Shown: positions 19,987-29,715 of the stretch, piece by piece
Numbering within the stretch: the stretch's first letter is position 1
How the letters are laid out: each line of letters starts with the position of its first letter
Assembly (NCBI GenBank): GCA_963718845.1
Contig: CAVRAD010000009.1
Span: 193,360-257,359, forward strand
Reading direction: 5' to 3'
From: an uncultured Acidobacteriota bacterium
GTDB taxonomy: Bacteria; Acidobacteriota; UBA6911
Length of the DNA: 64,000 bases
Made by a program: the position numbers and the translations under genes
Notes under the pieces: generated by a model
Told to the model about the DNA's origin: nothing
What the model saw: only the letters and a program-made list of their open reading frames with translations
Database searches by the model: none

Positions 19987-20844
19987 ATGATACGCTCCAT
20001 ATTAATTGCCTTAGCTGAATCCCCCTACGATGCAGGCGCCAAGAATGTCGCTTTCTGGCTCGCCAAGAAAGAGGGCAGCCACCTCCACGCGCTTGCGGTT
20101 GTCGATCTCACAGCCTTTGAAGTGCCAGTGCTGAGCGGCCCGGACAGCTTTATGCCTTCAGTGCTGTCCCCTCCTTTAAGCGAAAGCCAGTCTTTGATGA
20201 ATGATCTGATGGCGGATGCCAAGAAGCGGCTGGATTTGTTCGCCGGGCAGTGCGCGGCAAGGGGCATCCCGGTATTTACAGAAGCGAAGACGGGCATTCC
20301 GGGAGAAGTCATCAGCCAGACGGCAGTAGCCCACGATATTGTGATCGTTTCGCGGACCGGCTACAGCCGCATTGCCAGCGCGCAGGAAACCGTGGATGCA
20401 TGGATTGCCCCGGCGGTGCGGAGATCGGTCCGGCCTGTCCTGGTAGCAGGCACGGAATTCAAGGAAGGGAACGATGTTCGCAACATTCTCGTCGCGTATG
20501 ACGGCAGCGCACACGCAGCACGCGCGCTACTCGCGGTTGCCGAGCTAGCCGCCCGTCCGGGAGTCCAGTGCAGCCTGGTCACAGTGGCGCAGTCGGAGGA
20601 TCTAGGCAGGGAAGTGCTGGACCCGGCGGAAGCCTTTCTCTCGCACCATGGTGTGGGTGCCAAAAAGCAAATCATCATCAATGACAGACCTTCGGATGTC
20701 ATCTGTGAACTGGCGTCGTCGGGCGGATTCGATATTGTAGTTATTGGTGCCTACGGGCATAGCCCGATACGCGAGGCGCTGTTCGGCAGCACAACGGAGC
20801 GGATCCTTTCCCACTGCGCGGCGAACGTTATCCTGCAATCCTGA
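19987..20844 (+). CDS. Tandem universal stress protein
   Basis: ILVAYDGS, IGAYGHS..REALFGSTTERIL. Confidence 0.92.
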   Translation: MIRSILIALAESPYDAGAKNVAFWLAKKEGSHLHALAVVDLTAFEVPVLSGPDSFMPSVLSPPLSESQSLMNDLMADAKKRLDLFAGQCAARGIPVFTEAKTGIPGEVISQTAVAHDIVIVSRTGYSRIASAQETVDAWIAPAVRRSVRPVLVAGTEFKEGNDVRNILVAYDGSAHAARALLAVAELAARPGVQCSLVTVAQSEDLGREVLDPAEAFLSHHGVGAKKQIIINDRPSDVICELASSGGFDIVVIGAYGHSPIREALFGSTTERILSHCAANVILQS

Positions 20845-21096
20845 AACCCGGGATGATGCGGAAAAACGAGAAGTTTGAAAATTGAGTGAAATGAAATCCG
20901 CTCGCACGAAACATTAGGAGTATAGGCTCCATCGTCCCGGCGGCGGGTGAAATCCAACCTCCAACCTCCGACAACCTCAACAACAAAGCCGCCGGGCGGA
21001 GCCACATTCTTTCCCTTCATTGCAAAAAGATGTCTTCTCAACAAATGTGAGTCGGCGCTAAAGCCCAGAGCCTGTCCAAATACAAGGCAGCCAATA

Positions 21097-21226
21097 ACGT
21101 GGACGTGGACTTGGGCCTGGACGTGGTCCTGGACCCGCTTTTCTCCACAAGAAAAATTCATAAAAACCACTGGCTTTAAAGAGGTCCACGACCAAGTCCA
21201 GGACTAGGTCCACGTCCAGGTCCAAG
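21097..21226. repeat. Inverted hexamer cassette (GTGGAC)n ... (GTCCAM)n
   Basis: Arrays at 21097-21136 and 21183-21226, between convergent genes. Confidence 0.82.
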
Positions 21227-21280
21227 CGTGTTGGTCGGGCTTCAAGCCCGGATCCACTTGTTTTTCAAGGTAACCCGCTA

Positions 21281-21984
21281 TTACCCCGATGATGCCGAAC
21301 TCTCCGGCTTTTCAGGTAAAGATTTCTTCGTCTCCTCCGATTTTTTGCCCCGGCTTGGCTTCATTTGTCTCAGGCTGGATGCCGCCTCTGGTCCGTATCC
21401 GTACTTGGCGAGCGCTTCCGCGAGCTTCTTGCGCCCGCGATGAAGACGGTTGATCACATTTTGATAGCGGACAGGATGCAGCTCTTCCGTAATTTCCTTC
21501 GCATTGAGGCCTGCGATCATTAGCTCCAGCGCCTGGCGCTGGTAGGGAGGAATTTGAGTCAGTGCTTCATCTACGATACCCTTCAGCTCTTCATGGAATA
21601 ATTTCCCTTCCGGTGATGCGGCGGAATCGACTGCCGGGCGGGAGAGGTCTTCTCCTCAAGCGGCGCATGCCGCTGCGACTTGCGATAATAGTTGCCTACC
21701 TTCCGCCGCAGAATCCCCATGCTCCATACAAGGGGACCCTTTTCCAGTTCCGCTCCGGGATGCTTCGAAATCATCGTGAGCAGCGTTTCCTGTACAAGGT
21801 CCTCGACATCGCTGGAGTTCATGATTCGGATTGAGGTGAGCTTCTTCAGTACGATGCGGATTGCCTCAATTTCATCATCCGTCCGTTCGAAGCGCCCAGG
21901 TTTGAACGCATAGGGTTCGCGAGACGAACCGTCCGAGATAAAAGAGGATGGGTATTCTATATACAAATAGGCGGGATTGCGCAC
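21281..21984 (-). CDS. ECF-type sigma-70 factor, frameshifted near 21600-21640
   Basis: Region 2 DVEDLVQETLL..W..GILRRK..NYYR in one ORF; region 4 AKEI...VINRLHRGRKKL in the other. Confidence 0.8.
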
Positions 21985-22121
21985 GGGTGGCCCTCCAAAT
22001 TCAAATGCTGAAATTGATTTGAATTCGAGGGCACTATTGGGGGCAATCAGAAGCTAAAGGGTGCAGCTACTTTCTGTCAAGCATTTTTTGGCTTAGTTCC
22101 AAAATTGGGAACGGACCCTAT

Positions 22122-23129
22122 TCAATTTGCATCGCCCCCGCCGCGGGCGTCGGGGGCATAGTAGCCGGGGCGGGCGGAGATATCTGCGCCCTTCTCCTTC
22201 ACCGCTACCGTGATCTTTCTGTAGCTGCCGTCCTTGATCGCATTGCTCGAGATATAGCCGAGAGTGTATTGGTTGCGCAGTTCCTCGTCGACCTCGGCGT
22301 AAATATTATTCAGCTGGCCGAAGGTATTGGGGTACAACACGCGGCCGCCCGTTTCATAGGCCAGCTTGCGCAGGACGAGATCCGCTTGCACAAAGACTTC
22401 GTTCGGAATGCCGCCGTAATAGGATCCTTTACTCGACGATATGTAAAGCTGGCGAATGGCTTCCGTTTTGCTGACAACGTAAATGGCAGCCTCCGAGTGG
22501 ACCGCCGCCTGCAGCGCGTTTTCATACGACACGGCGCTCTCGTTGTCCATGCCGTCGCTCATGATGATTATGGCTTTTTTTTCTTTAATGCCTTTGAAAA
22601 CGTCGTTGCTGACGACATAGATAGCGTCCCACAGCTTCGTATTGCCTTTGCAGTAAATAGAAGTCAGGACCGAATCGATCCGGTCGGTCTTCCGTCCCCA
22701 GTCCATCTTTAACTTGATCTCGGTATTAAAGCTGATCAACGCAAACTTGTCTTCCGGCTTGAGGTGTTCGACAAACCTCTTCGTCGCATACTTGATCGTG
22801 CCCCATTCCGAGACCACGCTGCCGCTGGCATCCAGCACAAGGGCTATGCGCGTCGGGAGTCCTTCCTGCGCAAAAAAGACTATTTCCTGCGGTTCCCCGT
22901 CTTCGAAGACCCGGAAGTCGTTCTGCGAAAGGCCCTTTATAAAGCCTCCTTCGGGACGCCGGACTGTCACCGGCACATCGATCGTGTTTACTTCCACGCG
23001 GATCTTATAGCCTTCCTGATCCTTGCCCGCTGTATTGGACTGATCGGACTGCTGCCGTCCCCACAAAAACATCGCTGTGAGTGCAGTGCAGCTCAATAGC
23101 AGCAATACCATGTTTAATTTTCTTCTCAT
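22122..23129 (-). CDS. Exported VWA-domain protein (Acidobacteria VWFA-related type)
   Basis: Signal peptide, FEDGEPQ, MIDAS DASGS, T.LWDAI, SDGMD, ETGG, ELRNQYTLGY, ARPGYYA. Confidence 0.92.
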   Translation of the reverse strand: MRRKLNMVLLLLSCTALTAMFLWGRQQSDQSNTAGKDQEGYKIRVEVNTIDVPVTVRRPEGGFIKGLSQNDFRVFEDGEPQEIVFFAQEGLPTRIALVLDASGSVVSEWGTIKYATKRFVEHLKPEDKFALISFNTEIKLKMDWGRKTDRIDSVLTSIYCKGNTKLWDAIYVVSNDVFKGIKEKKAIIIMSDGMDNESAVSYENALQAAVHSEAAIYVVSKTEAIRQLYISSSKGSYYGGIPNEVFVQADLVLRKLAYETGGRVLYPNTFGQLNNIYAEVDEELRNQYTLGYISSNAIKDGSYRKITVAVKEKGADISARPGYYAPDARGGGDAN

Positions 23130-23161
23130 CCTTACGCTCTTTCCGCGGGACAGGGCCCGGA

Positions 23162-23344
23162 CTAGCCCGCATTTCTCACGGGCTTTCTACTGCGGCGGCG
23201 GATCCGGGCATGTCTACTGCGTGGCGCTCCGTCGGGCTCCTCGACGTACTGTGGAGTACGTCTGCGGGGCCCTCGGTCGCGCGCCTTGTATCCACGCCCG
23301 TCTGCGCCGCCTCGCTACAAAAGCCCGTGAGAAATGAGGGCTAG
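23162..23344. mobile_element. 183-bp MITE-like element bounded by CTAG
   Basis: CTAGCCCGCATTTCTCACGGGCTTT ... AAAGCCCGTGAGAAATGAGGGCTAG. The right end recurs at 29631-29661, and its CTA is the mpl stop codon. Confidence 0.75.
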
Positions 23345-24753
23345 CGCTTTGCCAAAGCAGCCGGAAGCTTCTCGTAGATACCGCCAAATCCGCCATTGGA
23401 CAAAATAACGATCAAGTCTCCTGAGCGGCCTTCTTCGCACACTTTCTGTATTATACCGTCCACATTTCCAAGATTCCAGGCGGCGCATCCCATGCGGCGC
23501 AGGTCCTCGACCAGTTGTGCTTCGTTCAAACGCTCCTTTTCAGGCACTTTCTCCGGCTTGAAAAGGTCCGGAATCGCCACGCAGTCCGCCAGTCCGAGCG
23601 CTTCCGCCATTTCTCTCTGGAAAACGTTGCGACGGCTGGTTGCGGAGCGCGGTTCATAAATAGCCCAGATGCGTTTCGGGCGAAACGTGTCCCGCAAGGT
23701 CTGCAGGGTCTCACGGACCGCCGTAGGGTGATGCGCAAAATCTTCGTAAATTCGAATCCCGTCGATCTCGGACCTCAACTGCAGTCGCCGCCGCACGCCT
23801 GAAAACGTTTCCAGCCCCTCGCGGATTGTCTCCTCCGAAACGCCCAGATGATTCAGTGTCGCGATAGCCGCCAGTGCGTTTCGGACATTGTAGTGTCCCA
23901 AGACGCCCAGGCGCATACGCCCAAAAAGCTTCTTGCGATACACGACATCGAAGCATAAGCGGTTGTCTTCGAGCGCAATCCGGTGCGCGCTCCAGTCGTT
24001 CTCCGCGTGTGTGCCAAAGGTCTCTTTCCGGCACAGGCCGTTCGCGCTGACTTCCAGGGCCGCGGGACTGTCCGCTCCGATCGCCAGGTAGCCGTTCCGG
24101 GGTATGAGATTGACCAGGCGCCGGAATTGAAGCTTGATCGCGTCCAGGTCCGCGTAGATGTCCGCATGATCGAACTCGACGTTGCCGATGACTGCCAGGT
24201 ACGGGAGGTAGTGGAGAAACTTCGGGCCCTTATCGAAAAACGCCGAATCGTATTCGTCCCCTTCGACCACAAAATGAGCGCCGCCTTCCATCCCGTAGCT
24301 TGACCGGAAATTTTCCGCAATGCCTCCAATCAGGAAATTCGGCCGGAGGCCGGCTGCCTGTAATCCCCAGGATATCATCGAGGTCGTGGTTGTTTTTCCG
24401 TGTGTCCCCGTTACAACTATGGGCATTTTGTCGCGGAGAAAAAATGTTTTGAGCGTTTCCGGGAAAGACAGGAACGGAATCCTGCAATCCAGAACGTGCT
24501 CGATCTCAGGATTCCCGCGCGACAGGGCGTTCCCCACCACGACAAGATCGGGCGCAGGCTGCAGGTTCTTAGCGGAGTACCCCTGATACACCGGGATTCG
24601 TTTTTCAGCCAGGAAATCGCTCATCGGGGGATAGACCCCCTCATCCGATCCCGTCACTTCGAAGCCGCTGGTTTGCAGCATGGCGGCAAGCGACGCCATG
24701 CCGGTGCCGCAAATTCCAATCAGGTGAATTTTGTGAATCGCATCGGTCCGCAT
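23341..24753 (-). CDS. mpl: UDP-MurNAc:tripeptide ligase (murein peptide ligase)
   Basis: GICGTGM, GTHGKTTT, EGDEYDSAFFDK, FDHADIY, DFAHHPTA, EPRS, SNGGFGG. Confidence 0.94.
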   Translation of the reverse strand: MRTDAIHKIHLIGICGTGMASLAAMLQTSGFEVTGSDEGVYPPMSDFLAEKRIPVYQGYSAKNLQPAPDLVVVGNALSRGNPEIEHVLDCRIPFLSFPETLKTFFLRDKMPIVVTGTHGKTTTTSMISWGLQAAGLRPNFLIGGIAENFRSSYGMEGGAHFVVEGDEYDSAFFDKGPKFLHYLPYLAVIGNVEFDHADIYADLDAIKLQFRRLVNLIPRNGYLAIGADSPAALEVSANGLCRKETFGTHAENDWSAHRIALEDNRLCFDVVYRKKLFGRMRLGVLGHYNVRNALAAIATLNHLGVSEETIREGLETFSGVRRRLQLRSEIDGIRIYEDFAHHPTAVRETLQTLRDTFRPKRIWAIYEPRSATSRRNVFQREMAEALGLADCVAIPDLFKPEKVPEKERLNEAQLVEDLRRMGCAAWNLGNVDGIIQKVCEEGRSGDLIVILSNGGFGGIYEKLPAALAKR

Positions 24754-24782
24754 AATGGGGAAATGTATCAGAATGTGACGCC

Positions 24783-26090
24783 TCAATAGCGCTGATAATC
24801 ATGAAAATGAATGGTTTCTTTGATGGTGACTCTGCGAATGCGATCGCCCGGGGCGAGCCTGTCTGCAACCTGGATCCCGCTGAGAACATGCCCGAAACAT
24901 GTGTTTATGCCGTCCAGGTAAGGCTGAGGCGCCAGGGCAATGAAAAATTTTCCGGCATCCGAACCTCCCGCGGCAAGCGCCATCCCGATACTGCCGCGTT
25001 CGAATGGCCGCATATTCACTTCGCTTCGTATCGTACGGCTCAGCCCCGGCCATTCCATGGGATTGCTGCCCTCGATCACCTCAAACGGAGCGGTTTTTGT
25101 AAACTCCGTATCGTCGTAAACTCCTCTTTTGGCCATCGCCACGAAACGCTCTGCCGTGACCGGGGCGTCTTCGCGAAAGAGCTCGATTTCGATCGTTCCC
25201 CGGGTCGTTTCTATTTGCGCGATCGTGCTGTTCTTCCGATATGCCGCGAGCGCATAGGAGACGGCATCGGTGATGGAATCGGCTCCCGGTTCCGGCTCCC
25301 CCGATGCTTTCATGCCGCAGGGCGAAAGCGATGCCGCGTCCGGATGCGGAGCGTTATTTGCCGGCTGAGGGCTGGATGCTCCGGATTGCAGGCGCATGCG
25401 CGCCTCCAAAGCGCGCCGCTGAATTTCGCGATCGCGGACGCCGGCCAGGCGTTCCAGGAACGGGATTGCCGCCGGATCTCCCAGACGTGACAAAGCCGTG
25501 ATTGCAGCGCTCAGATACGCATTCTCGAAGGCGGATCCGCTGTAGGAGAAATGCTCCAGCCGACGGACGATGTCGACCGCTTCCGCGCGGGACCCGGTTT
25601 TCCCCAGCGCCTCAATCGCGCGCATGCGCACCGTAATGGAAGAATCGTTGAGGAGACGGAACAATTCAAACTGCGCGCGCGGATCTGGAACCGAACACCG
25701 CAGATCGAGAAGCGCCCTGTCTTCTATTTCGCCTAGTGCGAATGCAGATGCGGCGCGAACCTCCGCATCTCCCGTATGAAGCGCGCCATACAAAAGCGGC
25801 AGTGCCCGGGGGTCGGCAATGCGGCCAAGGGCGACTGCGCACCAGCGGCGGACTTCAGGGTCGCGGTTTCCCGTAAGGTTGTCCTTGAAGAACCCATCCT
25901 CTCCAATCGCTCGCAGGTCCTCGCGCTTCAGGATTTCAGCGAAGGACTGAATTTTCTGAAGTGCCTTGCGCTCCTTGTAGCGGCCACAGGCGATGAGTGG
26001 AAGCAGCAGCAGAATGAGGATCAGTAATTGAAATTGACGATTGACGATTGACGATTGACGATTGAAAAAGCGCTGATCTGCAAACGGCAT
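24783..26090 (-). CDS. HEAT-repeat plus cyclophilin-like domain lipoprotein
   Basis: Lipobox LIAC, HEAT/PBS repeats (VRAASAFALG), C-terminal cyclophilin fold (IETTRG.I.IEL..APVT, GMA, FFI, FG.V..G). Start is uncertain. Confidence 0.82.
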   Translation of the reverse strand: MPFADQRFFNRQSSIVNRQFQLLILILLLLPLIACGRYKERKALQKIQSFAEILKREDLRAIGEDGFFKDNLTGNRDPEVRRWCAVALGRIADPRALPLLYGALHTGDAEVRAASAFALGEIEDRALLDLRCSVPDPRAQFELFRLLNDSSITVRMRAIEALGKTGSRAEAVDIVRRLEHFSYSGSAFENAYLSAAITALSRLGDPAAIPFLERLAGVRDREIQRRALEARMRLQSGASSPQPANNAPHPDAASLSPCGMKASGEPEPGADSITDAVSYALAAYRKNSTIAQIETTRGTIEIELFREDAPVTAERFVAMAKRGVYDDTEFTKTAPFEVIEGSNPMEWPGLSRTIRSEVNMRPFERGSIGMALAAGGSDAGKFFIALAPQPYLDGINTCFGHVLSGIQVADRLAPGDRIRRVTIKETIHFHDYQRY

Positions 26091-26141
26091 ATAAGAGATT
26101 CCCTTCCAGATGGTGGATATTTTTAAATCGTCAATCGTCAA

Positions 26142-26663
26142 TTATTTATACTTCAGGCCGGTTATTTCGTACGCAACCTGCTTCGGATTCCAATAATATT
26201 CCACGGATTCGATCCCGATGGTGAACGACCGCTTTTCCAAAGGCTCCATCGGCTTCTTTTGGAATCCGGTCCCGGGACGCAGGGCAAAAGCGGTGCGTTC
26301 TTTGGAAAGCTTTCCCCACATGTCAAAAAGCGTGATGTGCAGTTCCAACGCCTCAAGCTTGCGGCTTCCGTCGTTGACGATAAAGCCCGATATCATTGCG
26401 ATGCGGGCGTTCGAAAAACTGACCCCAAGCGTGGCCTTTACCCCCTCGATTCGAATTCTGTTTTTGTAATATTCGAAATCGGTGTTGCCCGGCCGCAACA
26501 GGCCGGGGACCGTGACGGAGGCGCTGCCGGTTTGAGGCGGCATGTTGCGCTGATGGCGGACATACAAAAAGATCGCGCCCAGCAGAACGATGCAAACTCC
26601 AAGGGCAACAAGCAGTTTGACTAAAGGAAACGTCTTTTGCGGTTCCGATGTGAACTCAACCAT
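26142..26663 (-). CDS. Membrane-anchored Ig-like protein (DUF2393/DUF3426/FxLYD-like)
   Basis: One N-terminal TM; ISG.IVNDG.R.L..LEL.ITLFD..G; MEPLEKRSF.I. Confidence 0.7.
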   Translation of the reverse strand: MVEFTSEPQKTFPLVKLLVALGVCIVLLGAIFLYVRHQRNMPPQTGSASVTVPGLLRPGNTDFEYYKNRIRIEGVKATLGVSFSNARIAMISGFIVNDGSRKLEALELHITLFDMWGKLSKERTAFALRPGTGFQKKPMEPLEKRSFTIGIESVEYYWNPKQVAYEITGLKYK

Positions 26664-26888
26664 TGTGATAACCTTTGGTCGCGCCCATCTTTCCAGAGAT
26701 CTCCACCGTGAAATCCCGGGAAAGATGCAGGCCAGGTGAATACGGAAAAATACAATTATAGCAGATCCTGAAAAAGCCCGAGCGCAAAGGCTGCGGCGCC
26801 ATTGCATATTTCCCCGACCCGGCTGTGGTCCGTTGCGTCCTGGAGCCTTGAAGGTTAATATGATAGCTTTCAGTTCATAGGGATAACC

Positions 26889-28250
26889 ATGAGACAGACC
26901 AACATGCGCCATCTATCGATTTTGACAGCGACGTTTCTTTTGTGTTCCATTACGGCGTTTTCTCAGCAACCCAGGCCGTTGCCGGAATTGACCTCGAAAA
27001 GGCTTTTAAACGACCTGCAAATCACGGTCGCGCCGACTCCGTATCTGGGCAGCAATATGGCTATAGGGCTGCTAGTCCGGTATGGAGCCTATTTTGACCC
27101 GGCCGGGAAAGGCGGAGTGGCGAGCTTTCTTTCGCGCATGTTCCTGAAAGCCGCCATAGACAAGACGGCCAAAGATATCCAGGATGAACTGGCTTATCTT
27201 GAAGCCAGCATCGACATCCGTTGCGATTGGGATGGGTTCCGCTTTATTTTGCGGGGGCCGAGTGCGAAATTCGAGCGGTGCCTGCTCCTGCTCTATCAGG
27301 TGGTGGGAGAAGCGGAGTTCAGCGACGCGGATTTTGCCGCAGTGAAGCAGTCCGTTCTGGAGGACATGCAGAAATCTTCAGACCCGCGGCGGCGCATTCA
27401 CGCGCAATTTGAAAACGTGTTGTTCAGCGGGACGAGTCATGGGAGGCCCCTGGAAGGCACTCCGAAGAGCCTTGCGGCCATTACGGCGGGGGATGTCCGC
27501 TTTTTTTATCGCAAATTCATGTCGCCCAATCAGGCTTCGTTGATCGTCGTGGGCGATGTTTCCGCGCCGGAAGTGCTTCAGCGCGCTTCGCGGATATGGG
27601 GGGTATGGGTCCGCAACGACGTGATCCCTTTCACTTTTATGCAGCCGCGCAAGCCCGCCGGACGGCAGATGTATATGGAAGATGACCCGGCTTCTCCTGC
27701 AGCGCAGTTTATTATGGGAAATCTGTTCCCTCCCAGGGAGGATCCTGCCTATGCAAATGCGCTGCTGGCCGCGAGCATTTTCCAGGAACGCCTGACGAAA
27801 GCGCTGCCGACTTCTCTGCTGACGGTAGGCAGCGCGGGCAGGCGTATGGCAAGCCCCTTTTATGTTCAGGGGCAGGCGGCTGCCGACCAGGTGATTGAGC
27901 AGCTTCTCAAGATCGAGAGCGTGGCCGAGGAAATGAAGCTTTCCCTTGTTACGAAAGAAGAATTGGATGCTGCCCGGAATAAGGTGATGGAAGAGTTTAA
28001 CCGCGAACTGGGATCCGCCGAGGGATTATGCGGCATTATGCTGGAGGCCGAACTATATCAACTGGGCAGCAACTATGCTTCGATGTATCCGGACCTGCTC
28101 CGCCGCGGTGACGCCGATGCAATCAAACAAGCTGCGAAAAATATTCTTTTCCCGGATGGAGAAGTACTTCTGATACGCGGTCCCGCGGTCGTACTAAAGC
28201 CTGTGCTCAGCCCGCTCGGCACGCTACGGTCGCAGATACCTGAATTTTGA
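26889..28250 (+). CDS. M16 (insulinase) family protein, catalytically degenerate
   Basis: Signal peptide, [24 protein letters not shown]; HxxEH is replaced by SFLSR. Confidence 0.85.
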   Translation: MRQTNMRHLSILTATFLLCSITAFSQQPRPLPELTSKRLLNDLQITVAPTPYLGSNMAIGLLVRYGAYFDPAGKGGVASFLSRMFLKAAIDKTAKDIQDELAYLEASIDIRCDWDGFRFILRGPSAKFERCLLLLYQVVGEAEFSDADFAAVKQSVLEDMQKSSDPRRRIHAQFENVLFSGTSHGRPLEGTPKSLAAITAGDVRFFYRKFMSPNQASLIVVGDVSAPEVLQRASRIWGVWVRNDVIPFTFMQPRKPAGRQMYMEDDPASPAAQFIMGNLFPPREDPAYANALLAASIFQERLTKALPTSLLTVGSAGRRMASPFYVQGQAAADQVIEQLLKIESVAEEMKLSLVTKEELDAARNKVMEEFNRELGSAEGLCGIMLEAELYQLGSNYASMYPDLLRRGDADAIKQAAKNILFPDGEVLLIRGPAVVLKPVLSPLGTLRSQIPEF

Positions 28251-28384
28251 TTCCAGATTCCGGATCTCTGACTGTGTATTTCTTAGAGGCTGATTGTTGG
28301 ATATTGGTGTGTTTTTTTTCTATATTGATCTGCCCATGGCAGGATTCGGAGTGAGGACGGCTGAAGGCTGAACAGGAGGCAACG

Positions 28385-29338
28385 ATGAGAGTTGTAATCA
28401 CGGGTGGAGCCGGATTCCTGGGAAGCCATTTATGCGACCGTCTGTTGGATGCGGGAAACGAGGTGATCTGCCTTGACAACCTTTCGACTGGAAGCGTGGA
28501 CAACATTGCGCACTTGCTGGGACATGAACGTTTTCGCTTCTATAACCACGACGTTACAGAATACATCTTTATCGGACAACCCGTGGACGCCGTCCTGCAT
28601 TTTGCCTCCCCGGCCAGCCCGCGCGATTATCTGGAGATGCCGATACAGACTCTGAAGGTCGGGGCTCTCGGCACGCACAAAACCATCGGCCTGGCAAAAC
28701 ACGCAAAGGCTCGATTCCTGATGGCGAGCACTTCGGAAACATACGGGGATCCTCTTGTGAATCCGCAACCGGAGAGCTATTGGGGCAACGTGAATCCCAT
28801 TGGCAGCCGGGGCGTCTACGACGAAGCGAAGCGCTTCGCGGAAGCACTGGTGATGGCCTATCACCGGTATCATGGCGTTGATACGCGCATTGCGCGCATC
28901 TTCAATACCTATGGGCCACGCATGCGTCCTCACGACGGCCGCGTGGTGTCGAACTTCATCGTGCAGGCGCTCCAGGGCGAGCCGTTGACTGTCTACGGCA
29001 GTGGTGAGCAAACGCGCAGCTTTTGTTTCGTGGAGGATGAAGTCGAGGGACTGGTCCGACTTCTGATGGCGCCGAACGCCGAAGATGTTCATCTGCCCGT
29101 GAACATCGGCAATCCGCATGAATTGACGGTGCTTGGAATTGCCGAAAAAATCATCGAGCTCAGTGGTTCGAAGAGCAGAATACTATTTGAGCCCTTGCCT
29201 GAAGACGATCCCAAAGTCCGCCGCCCCGATATTTCCCGCGCGAACCAACTGCTCGGCTGGAGCCCCAAAATATCTTTGGACGAAGGTCTGCAGCACACCA
29301 TCGACTACTTTCGCTTAAAGCTCAAGAATACAGAATAA
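28385..29338 (+). CDS. UDP-glucuronate decarboxylase-like extended SDR
   Basis: [46 protein letters not shown]. Confidence 0.93.
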   Translation: MRVVITGGAGFLGSHLCDRLLDAGNEVICLDNLSTGSVDNIAHLLGHERFRFYNHDVTEYIFIGQPVDAVLHFASPASPRDYLEMPIQTLKVGALGTHKTIGLAKHAKARFLMASTSETYGDPLVNPQPESYWGNVNPIGSRGVYDEAKRFAEALVMAYHRYHGVDTRIARIFNTYGPRMRPHDGRVVSNFIVQALQGEPLTVYGSGEQTRSFCFVEDEVEGLVRLLMAPNAEDVHLPVNIGNPHELTVLGIAEKIIELSGSKSRILFEPLPEDDPKVRRPDISRANQLLGWSPKISLDEGLQHTIDYFRLKLKNTE

Positions 29339-29397
29339 TCAGAGTACGGAATGCCTCATAGTTTTTTGGGGGCGAAGCCTTCGGAGTGCGTCAGCAA

Positions 29398-29567
29398 GCT
29401 CTGAACCTTATACGCATCTCCGGCATCCTAAACCAGCAAATCATGTGGGTCGGGGCTTCAGCCCCGACGCTTTGGAGATGTCAAGCATGGTCGGAAAGTG
29501 TCGGGGCTGAAGCCCCGACCCACATGTTCTTGTTTACAATGAGCAAGATGCGTATAAGGTTCAGAGC
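29398..29567. repeat. REPIN-like element: two inverted REPs inside a 22-bp perfect inverted repeat
   Basis: GCTCTGAACCTTATACGCATCT / AGATGCGTATAAGGTTCAGAGC enclosing ATGTGGGTCGGGGCTTCAGCCCCGAC and GTCGGGGCTGAAGCCCCGACCCACAT. Confidence 0.82.
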
Positions 29568-29715
29568 AATCTGTCTCTGAAGGCGCCCTATGGGCGCAAT
29601 AACTATGCGGCATTAGGCGCCGCGCCGCCCGCTACAAAAGCCCGTGAGAAATGTGGGCTAGTGTGTGGTCTGGGCCGTTTTATTCTGTGATATGATCCAT
29701 CCCCGGAGGCGATGC

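Noticed and set aside
20947-21207. ORF containing TWTWTWAWTWSWT, resembling a RiPP precursor
   Set aside because: Produced by the (GTGGAC)n hexamer array; no modifying enzymes nearby.
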